This document shows positions 9,193-16,451 of a stretch of 20,000 nt of DNA, in pieces. A program made the position numbers and the translations under genes. The first letter of the stretch is position 1; each line of letters opens with the position of its first letter. Under the pieces are notes generated by a model, which did no database searches, was not told where the DNA came from, and saw only the letters and a program-made list of their open reading frames with translations. The stretch comes from an uncultured virus (IMG/VR IMGVR_UViG_3300027707_000912) (taxonomy: Duplodnaviria > Heunggongvirae > Uroviricota > Caudoviricetes), in the IMG/VR virus record IMGVR_UViG_3300027707_000912. One strand, written 5' to 3'.

Positions 9193-9351
9193 TTAAATCC
9201 TAACTAAAGTCCACTTAGCTGTAAATGGTTTACCTTCGGCCTTGTGTTTCAGTATCTTAGCGAACTCTTTTTTCTTGAGTTCAGAAATCGTTTCTGTATC
9301 ATGGTCGACGCAAGCCCTGTACAGTTTAGCTAATAGCTTTTTCTGTTTCAT
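9193..9351 (-). CDS. 52-aa basic hypothetical protein [52 protein letters not shown]
   Basis: Strong AGGAGG RBS and TAAATA upstream; below the track cutoff. Confidence 0.75.
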   Translation of the reverse strand: MKQKKLLAKLYRACVDHDTETISELKKKEFAKILKHKAEGKPFTAKWTLVRI

Positions 9352-9384
9352 GGTTGTGTCCTCCTGACAAATATTTAGCCAAAA

Positions 9385-9490
9385 AGAAATGCTACACTTT
9401 AAGAACTTGCGGTAGCGAATCGTTCGTCCCAGGGCAGTAGCCTCCCCACACTTACGGTAACAAGTACCGGTCCTAAGGTGTGTTCTTTAA
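9385..9490. ncRNA. Putative structured RNA, unassigned
   Basis: GC-rich intergenic island with stems CACACTTA/TAAGGTGTG, CGGTA/TACCG, GAAC/GTTC and a possible GCTAC/GTAGC pseudoknot. Confidence 0.4.
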
Positions 9491-9491
9491 A

Positions 9492-10055
9492 TTAGAAAAA
9501 TAAGAATAGTCCCTGGAGACTTAATAGTATACCAAATCCTGCCACTACAAAACTGCCCCAGAACATGGCCATGCTGACTGCAAGGATACTTGCTGATAAC
9601 ACCACAATGGCCAACTGATATGCTGTACTAGCATATCCGATCCATGGGCTAGATTTTTTAGCTTCATCGCGCTCATATTCCATTGCTCGTGCGTCTGCGG
9701 CAATGGCTTTCTTGTCCAAGTCCATACGGTCTTTCTCAGCTTGGAATTCTGCTTTGGTTTTTGGATTTGTTGCTGTCTTGGCTGCGATTTCGTAGCTGAC
9801 GCCGCGGCCTGCTTTGGCTTGATACTGGGCCCAGGCATTGTTGGCGCCCAATGTGCTGTTCAGCACTGTGCTACCCAGTTTGCCGCCGTACCATGCGTTG
9901 ACTGCTAACAACAGGGCAAAGATACTGATAACCATACCTGCTTTGTCTTTGATACGTGCTTCACGTTCGCTACGTGAACCCACTGGAGACTTTGGTGCAT
10001 CCGGATCTTTTGATTGTTTAGAAATTAGATTTAACACTGAGTCTATAAGTGCCAT
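9492..10055 (-). CDS. Membrane protein, DUF4337-like
   Basis: NAWAQYQAK motif between an N-terminal TM helix and two C-terminal TM helices; family recalled, not searched. Confidence 0.65.
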   Translation of the reverse strand: MALIDSVLNLISKQSKDPDAPKSPVGSRSEREARIKDKAGMVISIFALLLAVNAWYGGKLGSTVLNSTLGANNAWAQYQAKAGRGVSYEIAAKTATNPKTKAEFQAEKDRMDLDKKAIAADARAMEYERDEAKKSSPWIGYASTAYQLAIVVLSASILAVSMAMFWGSFVVAGFGILLSLQGLFLFF

Positions 10056-10187
10056 CGATTCGCTCCCGACTTAAACTACTCAATTATTTATTGATTTTTT
10101 AGCCAAAATACTTGCACTTATTCTCTAAATATGTTTAAATACATGTATGCACAAGTTGATGCATAATTTTTTAATAGGTAATTTATA

Positions 10188-10391
10188 ATGGTAACAGGTA
10201 AAGTAAAATGGTTTAACGACGCCAAAGGTTTTGGTTTCATCACTCCGGATCAAGGCGGCACAGATCTTTTTGCGCATTTTTCACAGATTAACGCATCGGG
10301 TTTCAAAACGCTAAAAGAAGGACAACCAGTAACATTTGAAGTTGTTATGGGTCCAAAAGGCGAGCAGGCAAGTAATATCCAGCCTGCTTAA
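10188..10391 (+). CDS. cspA: Cold-shock protein (CspA family RNA chaperone)
   Basis: [18 protein letters not shown] (RNP1) and LFAHFS (RNP2). Confidence 0.97.
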   Translation: MVTGKVKWFNDAKGFGFITPDQGGTDLFAHFSQINASGFKTLKEGQPVTFEVVMGPKGEQASNIQPA

Positions 10392-10403
10392 TAGGAGAGT
10401 ATT

Positions 10404-10478
10404 ATGGCTAAATTCAAAGCGCATCATCCACGTTCTGTTAAAGCAACAGCTCGTAGAGTTCTTAAAAAGAGGAAGTAA
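10404..10478 (+). CDS. 24-aa basic peptide MAKFKAHHPRSVKATARRVLKKRK
   Basis: AGGAGAG RBS directly after the cspA stop. Confidence 0.7.
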   Translation: MAKFKAHHPRSVKATARRVLKKRK

Positions 10479-10479
10479 T

Positions 10480-10551
10480 ATGACACGACCAATTGCAAAG
10501 AAAAGACTTCGCGAAGCCGCAAAACGGGCAACTAAGAAACGCCAAGGTTAA
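10480..10551 (+). CDS. 23-aa basic peptide MTRPIAKKRLREAAKRATKKRQG
   Basis: GAGG RBS within the previous ORF; TAA-T-ATG junction. Confidence 0.65.
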   Translation: MTRPIAKKRLREAAKRATKKRQG

Positions 10552-10552
10552 T

Positions 10553-10621
10553 ATGAAAACGTATCAATTCATTGTAACAGTTTTAATTGTTATATTTGTT
10601 TTGGTACATGTTTTCATGTAA
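10553..10621 (+). CDS. 22-aa hydrophobic peptide MKTYQFIVTVLIVIFVLVHVFM
   Basis: AAGG RBS; same TAA-T-ATG junction; single TM helix ending just before the tmRNA. Confidence 0.55.
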   Translation: MKTYQFIVTVLIVIFVLVHVFM

Positions 10622-10624
10622 GGA

Positions 10625-10956
10625 ATTGTTGTAATCCCTTCAAAGTGAAGGCATTCTGGACGCGGGTTCGACTCCCGCCAGGTCCACCAAAAGGGCACTA
10701 CACCCCTCTTAATAATGGGCAACCTTGTAGTGCGTTTTTGATGGGCCTGCCATGGTTTCGACAGGGTGAGATAATAGAGACGGCAACACAGTAGGCGATG
10801 ACTGTAAATCAAGCAAAACTCGTAAATGCAAACGCAAATACATTCAAGTTTATGCAAGTTGACTTCGACATTTCAGCAATGAATGACGAAGAATTTGCAA
10901 TCGCAGCCTAAGAAACTGCACTTGCGAGGTAGTTATACCTTGTCACCAAAAATAGC
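10625..10956 (+). ncRNA. ssrA: Circularly permuted two-piece tmRNA; tag ANANTFKFMQVDFDISAMNDEEFAIAA
   Basis: T-arm GCGGG-TTCGACT-CCCGC and CAGGTCC-ACCA (to 10689) lie upstream of the 5' strand GGGCCTG (10743-10749), giving G3:U70. AGGGTG pairs with CATTCT. Tag ORF 10828-10911 ends in AIAA-stop. Outer ends approximate. Confidence 0.92.
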
Positions 10957-10983
10957 AGGAACCCGCTTTGGCGGGTTTCTTTT
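10957..10983 (+). terminator. Intrinsic terminator after tmRNA
   Basis: AGGAACCCGC-TTTG-GCGGGTTTCT-TTT. Confidence 0.85.
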
Positions 10984-11029
10984 GGGCTAATTACCTGTCA
11001 ATGAGTCCAAACTTTGGGCCCATTGAGTG

Positions 11030-11058
11030 TTGACACACCTGTTGATCTTTGCTATAAT
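11030..11058 (+). promoter_or_regulatory. Consensus sigma70 promoter for rIIA-rIIB
   Basis: TTGACA-17 nt-TATAAT. Confidence 0.9.
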
Positions 11059-11092
11059 ATACACATACACTAACACACAGAGAAGGATTTTT

Positions 11093-13258
11093 ATGCTACT
11101 TAACAATGCTCCTGCAAACGAAGCCATTTTGTCCAACGTGGGCGAAGTTGGTGATTTTAAAATTAAAGCAAGTGCCAAAGCATTCTCCATTTTGAGTTCG
11201 GGATTGTATGCAAATAAGGTTCGTGCTATTATACGTGAGTTGAGCTGTAATGCTGTCGACTCGCACGTGGCCGCTGGCAAACAAGAAACTCCGTTTGATG
11301 TTCATCTTCCAAATAGTTTGGAACCTTGGTTTAGTATCCGTGACTACGGCACTGGACTTACACACGAACAAGTTACTTCAATTTATACCACATACTTTGA
11401 ATCTACCAAAACTGACAGCAATGACTACATTGGTGCGCTGGGTTTGGGTTCAAAGAGTCCATTCAGTTACACAGATAACTTTACTGTGACTGCTATCAAA
11501 GATAGCAAAAAAGGTATCTATACTGCATTTATTAATGAACAAGGTGTTCCTAGTATTGCGTTGATGATGACTGAAGAAACTGCCGAGCCCGCAGGCGTTG
11601 AAATTAAATTCAGCGTCAATGACCGTTATGACTTTAGTAAGTTTATTGATGAAGCTCGTAGTGTGTACACTTACTTTAAATTGCGCCCTGTTGTAACTGG
11701 GTTTGACAGTTTTCAATTCCGCGATGTAGAATACGACACTAAGGATGTTATTCCCGGCGTTCATACATATAAAGACAGTCGCCGTAGTGTTGCAATTATG
11801 GGCAATATTGCTTACCCAATTGATGTTCCCGACGCTGACAACTCACTAGGCGAATTGCGCTATATGATTGGTTGCGGTTTGGAACTGCACTTTGCTATTG
11901 GCGAACTAGACTTTCAAGCGTCACGTGAAGGCTTGTCATACATTCCACAAACCATCAACGCTATCAAACGTAAGTTGGTTGCACTGAATAAGCAATTGGC
12001 AGTCCATGTGGCCGCAGAAGCAGACAAGATTTCTAACTTGTGGGAACGTGCAGAATTTCTTTCTAAGAAAAAGCAAAGCGGTCTTTGGGGTGCGGCTGTA
12101 GTTGAATATGCTACTACTAGCAAACTTGCTACTTTTGATCCTAAGAGTTACGGCGGGTCAATTAATTTTAAATTAGCAGTTGACGAGTTGGTTAAGAAAT
12201 ACAACATTAACCTGCGGGGGATTCAAAAGACCAGCAGTGCTAAAAACTGCTCAACTTTGAAAACTAATTATGACCACACCGATGTTAAAGATGCAAATGG
12301 CAATGCAGTATATGTAACCAATTGGCATATTCTAGTTGACACCAAAACACATTTTATTGTAACCGACACAAAGGTTGGTGCATTTGAACGTGCCAAGTAT
12401 CACTATCGCCAGAATAAACAAGAAGTACATACTCGTAATGTGTTTATTCTTGAGGCCGCTGATAAGAACAAGCCGATGAACACTAAGGCTTTTTTCAAAG
12501 CTATTATGAATCCTCCTAAGGCTAACATAATGGTTGCTAGTTCTTTGGACAAGAAGGAACGTAAAGATTCTGGTTTGGGTAAGAACGTTACTATTTTATG
12601 TTTGCAAGAACGAGGCAATGGAGGCTACTACAAAGAACGTGAAATGGTTTGGCGTGATGCTGGCAAGGCTGATGATTTTAGCGCAACAGAAACTTACTAT
12701 TACTTGCCATTGAGTGGCTTTGAAATCCAAAGCGATTTTGGTATGAGCAATGTCAAAGAGTTTTACAACGATTTGAAAGAGTGCGGTCTAGGCGGCATTC
12801 GCCAAACAGTTTACGGTGTTCGTAAAAGCGACATTGAGTTTATTCGTACACAACCAAATTGGGTCAACATCGAACAGCAGATTGTTAATGTTTTGAGTAC
12901 ACCAATTGATAACAAACTTGCTATGAGTTTGGTGTTACAGGCTGTTGACAATTTTAACTTGTTGTCGTATAATAGCAATATCGTTAATGCTGTAACAAAT
13001 CAAAATAGTCCTTACACTAAATTGGTTAGCCAGTTTAAAGGATTTGATAAGATTCGCTATAGCGAACTGAGTTTGAAGCGTTTGTGTAATCGTTATGCTA
13101 AAGGTGTAACTTTTAGTCCAGAAGCGCAAGTACAACGGTTTACTGATGAATGTGCAACCATTAGTAAACGTTATCCGTTACTAGCCTACTTGCGTAGTGC
13201 TCCTAACACAGATGTTGCCGAATATGTTAATTTGATTGACACACAGAAAGGTATTTAA
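11093..13258 (+). CDS. rIIA: RIIA-like protein (N-terminal GHKL ATPase domain)
   Basis: IIRELSCNAVDSH, IRDYGTGL and STK..SND.IGALGLGSKSPFSY motifs; adjacent to rIIB. Start moved to ATG 11093, downstream of the promoter with AAGGA RBS. Confidence 0.88.
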   Translation: MLLNNAPANEAILSNVGEVGDFKIKASAKAFSILSSGLYANKVRAIIRELSCNAVDSHVAAGKQETPFDVHLPNSLEPWFSIRDYGTGLTHEQVTSIYTTYFESTKTDSNDYIGALGLGSKSPFSYTDNFTVTAIKDSKKGIYTAFINEQGVPSIALMMTEETAEPAGVEIKFSVNDRYDFSKFIDEARSVYTYFKLRPVVTGFDSFQFRDVEYDTKDVIPGVHTYKDSRRSVAIMGNIAYPIDVPDADNSLGELRYMIGCGLELHFAIGELDFQASREGLSYIPQTINAIKRKLVALNKQLAVHVAAEADKISNLWERAEFLSKKKQSGLWGAAVVEYATTSKLATFDPKSYGGSINFKLAVDELVKKYNINLRGIQKTSSAKNCSTLKTNYDHTDVKDANGNAVYVTNWHILVDTKTHFIVTDTKVGAFERAKYHYRQNKQEVHTRNVFILEAADKNKPMNTKAFFKAIMNPPKANIMVASSLDKKERKDSGLGKNVTILCLQERGNGGYYKEREMVWRDAGKADDFSATETYYYLPLSGFEIQSDFGMSNVKEFYNDLKECGLGGIRQTVYGVRKSDIEFIRTQPNWVNIEQQIVNVLSTPIDNKLAMSLVLQAVDNFNLLSYNSNIVNAVTNQNSPYTKLVSQFKGFDKIRYSELSLKRLCNRYAKGVTFSPEAQVQRFTDECATISKRYPLLAYLRSAPNTDVAEYVNLIDTQKGI

Positions 13259-13259
13259 A

Positions 13260-14243
13260 ATGAGCTATCCATATTTGATCCAGGGCAGTAACATTGTTGT
13301 CGTTATTGGCAATAAGAGTCATACTATTAGCAAGACCCACATTACCTATAACAAGGTACTGGAAGCTATTAAAGCAAGTGATTGGGATTCACTTCCTGAC
13401 ATTATCGAACCTAAAAAGGTTGTGTTGAACTATGGTGCTGGCAATGTGAGTATCCAAGGTGAAACACTGTTTTGGAAAGGTAAAGAACTCAACACTGGCT
13501 TGTCAGTGCGCATGATCCAAATGTTGCAAGAAGGTTTTCCAATTGAGCCAATGGTTCAGTTTATGGAGAACTTGTATCAAAACCCAAGCAAGCGAGCAGT
13601 TACCGAACTGTACGGTTTCTTGGAAAAAGGTAACTTGCCAATTACCCCAGATGGTCACTTCCTTGCTTACAAGAAAGTACGTACTGATTACACAGACGTA
13701 CACTCAGGTAAGTTTAACAACTCAGTTGGACAGGTTGTTGAAATGGAACGTCACGATGTTGATGACAACAAGGATAACACTTGCTCAACCGGCTTGCACT
13801 TCTGTGCTATGAGCTACTTGTCATGCTTTGGCGGCGAACGTACAGTTATCGTTAAGATCAACCCAGCTGACGTTGTAAGCATTCCAAGTGACTACAACGA
13901 TGCTAAAGGTCGTGCTTGTCGATATGAAGTGATTGGCGAGTTGGCAGTTGACCCTAAGGATGCATTTGTTTCTCCTGTACAGTCTACAGCAGTTGGTTCG
14001 CAACCAGTATACCAACCAGTATACCAAGATGGTCCAAAAACTGGTGACTCTGTATTCAAACGTGGTTACACTTCGGGCTACACTGGGCGTGAATACTTGA
14101 ACCAATATCGTTATGGTACTAAGGAAGCTAAGGACTATACTGAAGGTTACGAAATGGGTGAACTTGATGCAGAAACGGGTGCGGAAGAACGCTACCGTTA
14201 TGTGCAAGTTTCAAACTCACAAGCGTGGCCTAATCCGGCTTAA
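13260..14243 (+). CDS. rIIB: RIIB-like protein
   Basis: LPITPDGHFLAYKKV, CSTGLHFC, VKINPADVVSIPSDY and KGRACRYEV motifs; start at ATG 13260 with AAGG RBS. Confidence 0.88.
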   Translation: MSYPYLIQGSNIVVVIGNKSHTISKTHITYNKVLEAIKASDWDSLPDIIEPKKVVLNYGAGNVSIQGETLFWKGKELNTGLSVRMIQMLQEGFPIEPMVQFMENLYQNPSKRAVTELYGFLEKGNLPITPDGHFLAYKKVRTDYTDVHSGKFNNSVGQVVEMERHDVDDNKDNTCSTGLHFCAMSYLSCFGGERTVIVKINPADVVSIPSDYNDAKGRACRYEVIGELAVDPKDAFVSPVQSTAVGSQPVYQPVYQDGPKTGDSVFKRGYTSGYTGREYLNQYRYGTKEAKDYTEGYEMGELDAETGAEERYRYVQVSNSQAWPNPA

Positions 14244-14256
14244 TTAATCAAACTAC

Positions 14257-14286
14257 AAAAGGGCTAACTTTGGTTAGCCTTTTTTC
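14257..14286 (+). terminator. Intrinsic terminator after rIIB
   Basis: AAAAGGGCTAAC-TTTG-GTTAGCCTTTTTT. Confidence 0.85.
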
Positions 14287-14315
14287 TTGACCTCTCAGCG
14301 TAAGCACTATATACT
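14287..14315 (+). promoter_or_regulatory. sigma70-like promoter
   Basis: TTGACC-17 nt-TATACT. Confidence 0.65.
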
Positions 14316-14356
14316 ACACTATGACATGCAGTCATATTATAAAAGGAAACATAATT

Positions 14357-14809
14357 ATGAAGAATATTTTAATCGCATCAATCTTGGCATTAACCGCTTT
14401 TTCAGCTAGTGCTGTAGAAATTGGTGTTAACGGTAGCTATGACTTTGGATCACCAACTGAGCGTCCAGGCGCTGGTATCACTATTGGTGAGAAGTTTGGT
14501 AAATTTGGCGTAACAGCAGGATTTGATCGTTATACAAAAACTACTGATCAAGACAAGTATAGTCTAGTTGGTTCATATGATGTTGCCACTATTGCTAAAA
14601 CTACTGTTGCTGTTAAAGCAGGTGCTATGTATCTTAGCAACTCTAGTGGTGTATCAGACGGCTATGCCGCTGTAGTTGGTGCTGGCGCAAGCTACCCACT
14701 TACTAAGACTGTTGCTCTAACTGCTGATTATCGTTATCAAGCAGGTCAATCGCGTGTAAACACATTTGACGGTAGTACAGTTGCATTCGGTGCCAAGTAC
14801 TCATTCTAA
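14357..14809 (+). CDS. Small outer-membrane beta-barrel protein (OmpA-TM/Ail-Lom-like)
   Basis: Signal peptide MKNILIASILALTAFSASA; alternating beta pattern; C-terminal GAKYSF BAM signal. Confidence 0.85.
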   Translation: MKNILIASILALTAFSASAVEIGVNGSYDFGSPTERPGAGITIGEKFGKFGVTAGFDRYTKTTDQDKYSLVGSYDVATIAKTTVAVKAGAMYLSNSSGVSDGYAAVVGAGASYPLTKTVALTADYRYQAGQSRVNTFDGSTVAFGAKYSF

Positions 14810-14822
14810 GTTAGAATAATAT

Positions 14823-14850
14823 TAACAAAAGGCCACATCGGCCTTTTGTT
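14823..14850 (+). terminator. Intrinsic terminator
   Basis: AACAAAAGGCC-ACATC-GGCCTTTTGTT. Confidence 0.75.
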
Positions 14851-14872
14851 ATTTTAAGAAAGAGAATTATAT

Positions 14873-15094
14873 ATGAATATGGACCAAACCGCTATCTGGT
14901 TAGCAGGTAGCATTTTAATAATGTTGGGATTTGTGATTGTGGCAATTGGGGTTGTTGTTATCAACAACATCATACACAAGTATTGGAAACCTGTACGCAT
15001 TTTTACAATGGATAGTTGGAATTTAAATCCAAACGTGCGTTATGCACATCAAGAAGAATTAGATCGACTCGTACCAAATAAAGAAAAGAAATAG
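14873..15094 (+). CDS. Small single-TM hypothetical protein
   Basis: 73-aa ORF with a long hydrophobic helix. Confidence 0.75.
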   Translation: MNMDQTAIWLAGSILIMLGFVIVAIGVVVINNIIHKYWKPVRIFTMDSWNLNPNVRYAHQEELDRLVPNKEKK

Positions 15095-15096
15095 TT

Positions 15097-15174
15097 ATTG
15101 AAAAAATCTATTATCGTTATTAAAATAATTATAGCTAAAACCTATTGATTTTGTGTTTTAATAGGATATATAAT
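15097..15174 (+). promoter_or_regulatory. OxyR-like operator overlapping a promoter upstream of rubrerythrin
   Basis: ATTG-N7-CTAT (15097-15111) and ATAG-N7-CTAT (15131-15145) abut TTGATT-18 nt-TATAAT. Confidence 0.55.
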
Positions 15175-15206
15175 AGTAGTAAGACAAACACACACAAGGA
15201 GATTTT

Positions 15207-15656
15207 ATGTCTAATACCATTCAAAATTTACACAATGCACTTGCTGGTGAGTCAATGGCTCACATCAAGTATCGCTACTTTGCTAAACTAGCAAGAGCAG
15301 AAGGCTTTGAAGATATTGCCAAACACTTTGAGCACACTGCTGATCAAGAAATTCTTCACGCTTGGGGTCACTTAGACCTAATTCTAGGTAAGCCGACAAC
15401 TAAAGAATGTTTAGAACTAGCAATTGAAGGTGAAACTTATGAGTACACAACAATGTACCCAGAGTACGAAAAAATTGCAGTTGGCGAAGGGCAAATTAAT
15501 TTTGCTGTTGAAGCCCGTGCTAACACAGAAGAATCAAAAGAACATGCTAGACAGTTTGCCGAAGTTCTTAAAAAAGCAGAACGCCGTTTTGCGGCTTTAA
15601 AGCGAGTTGAAGAACGACATGCTAATGCATATAAAGTAAAATTGGAGACATTATAA
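15207..15656 (+). CDS. rbr: Rubrerythrin (ferritin-like di-iron domain only)
   Basis: NLHNALAGESMA, QEILHA, EGETYEYTTMYP and ESKEHA motifs. Confidence 0.92.
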   Translation: MSNTIQNLHNALAGESMAHIKYRYFAKLARAEGFEDIAKHFEHTADQEILHAWGHLDLILGKPTTKECLELAIEGETYEYTTMYPEYEKIAVGEGQINFAVEARANTEESKEHARQFAEVLKKAERRFAALKRVEERHANAYKVKLETL

Positions 15657-15790
15657 TGGAACACGTATGTATTGTATGCGGTCATGTGCATGACGAATTG
15701 ACAGAAGGCAAGTGGGATGAACTAGCAGACGACTTTGTCTGTCCCGAGTGCGGAGTTGGCAAGTCTGACTACGACGAAGTAGATTTTTAA
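15656..15790 (+). CDS. Rubredoxin, 44 aa (MEHVCIVCGHVHDELTEGKWDELADDFVCPECGVGKSDYDEVDF)
   Basis: CxxCG...W..L.DDFVCPxCG; TAATG overlap with rubrerythrin; not in the ORF track. Confidence 0.92.
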   Translation: MEHVCIVCGHVHDELTEGKWDELADDFVCPECGVGKSDYDEVDF

Positions 15791-15904
15791 ATAAAATCGC
15801 TATAGTCTTTTAATGAATTTCACTATAGGTTTTCCTCTAGTTCTGTGTTATTATAATGATACATACTAATGCAGTATGTTAAATTTTTAACAAGGAGAAC
15901 TACT

Positions 15905-15976
15905 ATGTGGACTACACCATCAGCAACAGATATGCGCTTTGGCTTTGAAATTACAATGTACGTGATGAATCGATAG
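15905..15976 (+). CDS. pqqA: PQQ precursor peptide MWTTPSATDMRFGFEITMYVMNR
   Basis: 23 aa; MW..P....R.GFExxxY signature; AAGGAG RBS. Confidence 0.92.
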   Translation: MWTTPSATDMRFGFEITMYVMNR

Positions 15977-16000
15977 TATTGATTCATTTTTAACAAAAAC

Positions 16001-16023
16001 AAATGCCGCTTTTTGCGGCATTT
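16001..16023 (+). terminator. Hairpin/terminator after pqqA
   Basis: AAATGCCGC-TTTTT-GCGGCATTT. Confidence 0.65.
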
Positions 16024-16034
16024 GCATATATGTC

Positions 16035-16245
16035 TTGACACAACGACTAAATAAATGTATACTAGAGACTAGTTAGATAGTTGAGTAAATTCTTTTTGCC
16101 AAATGTGCAAATAGTGGTTGACACAGAGACTAAATAACTATACAATAAGAACATGCACAAGCAACTGCCTGTGTAAGCCGTTGTAGAAATACAACAAAGA
16201 AAGATTTCAAAAGTGGTTGACGAAGATGCTGAAAGGCATTATAAT
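16035..16245 (+). promoter_or_regulatory. Three tandem sigma70 promoters of the tRNA operon
   Basis: TTGACA-17-TATACT (16035-16063), TTGACA-17-TACAAT (16118-16146), TTGACG-17-TATAAT (16217-16245). The first two carry GACTAAATAA in the spacer. Confidence 0.85.
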
Positions 16246-16304
16246 TAACACAAGACACTAGCATTCCGCTAGTAAATTTTAAGAAGAGATAAACGAGAAA
16301 CAAA

Positions 16305-16451
16305 ATGCAATCAACTGTTAAACATCAACAATTTAATACGATGCCTAAACTGGCAGGTGTAATAGCCTGTTCTTGGTTATCGATTAATGGCGGAAGTTTA
16401 TCATATGATCGTACACCAGAGATTCGCAGGGTCCGGGAGACCGTAATGTAA
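16305..16451 (+). CDS. Putative attenuator leader peptide, 48 aa (MQSTVKHQQFNTMPKLAGVIACSWLSINGGSLSYDRTPEIRRVRETVM)
   Basis: Lies between the promoters and a terminator; its 3' end contains the antiterminator strand; weak GAG RBS. Confidence 0.65.
   Translation: MQSTVKHQQFNTMPKLAGVIACSWLSINGGSLSYDRTPEIRRVRETVM

Noticed and set aside
9447..9482. Twister or HDV-like ribozyme (CCGGTCCTAAG; GCGAAT)
   Set aside because: Only short word matches; the required pseudoknot partners and element order could not be found.
10336..10857. Track ORFs 10336..10551 (71 aa) and 10564..10857
   Set aside because: The first overlaps cspA out of frame and only its last 23 codons have an RBS; the second is antisense to the tmRNA.
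14001..14027. CAACCAGTATAC tandem duplication in rIIB
   Set aside because: Two in-frame copies (QPVY) in a linker; ordinary slippage.
1433..15691. Numerous 60-160 aa ORFs antisense or out of frame within long genes (e.g. 5718..6194, 8020..8346, 13821..14207)
   Set aside because: Contained in or largely overlapping well-supported genes, with no independent signals.
15823..16041. Track ORF of 72 aa on the minus strand
   Set aside because: Antisense to pqqA, which has the RBS and family signature.
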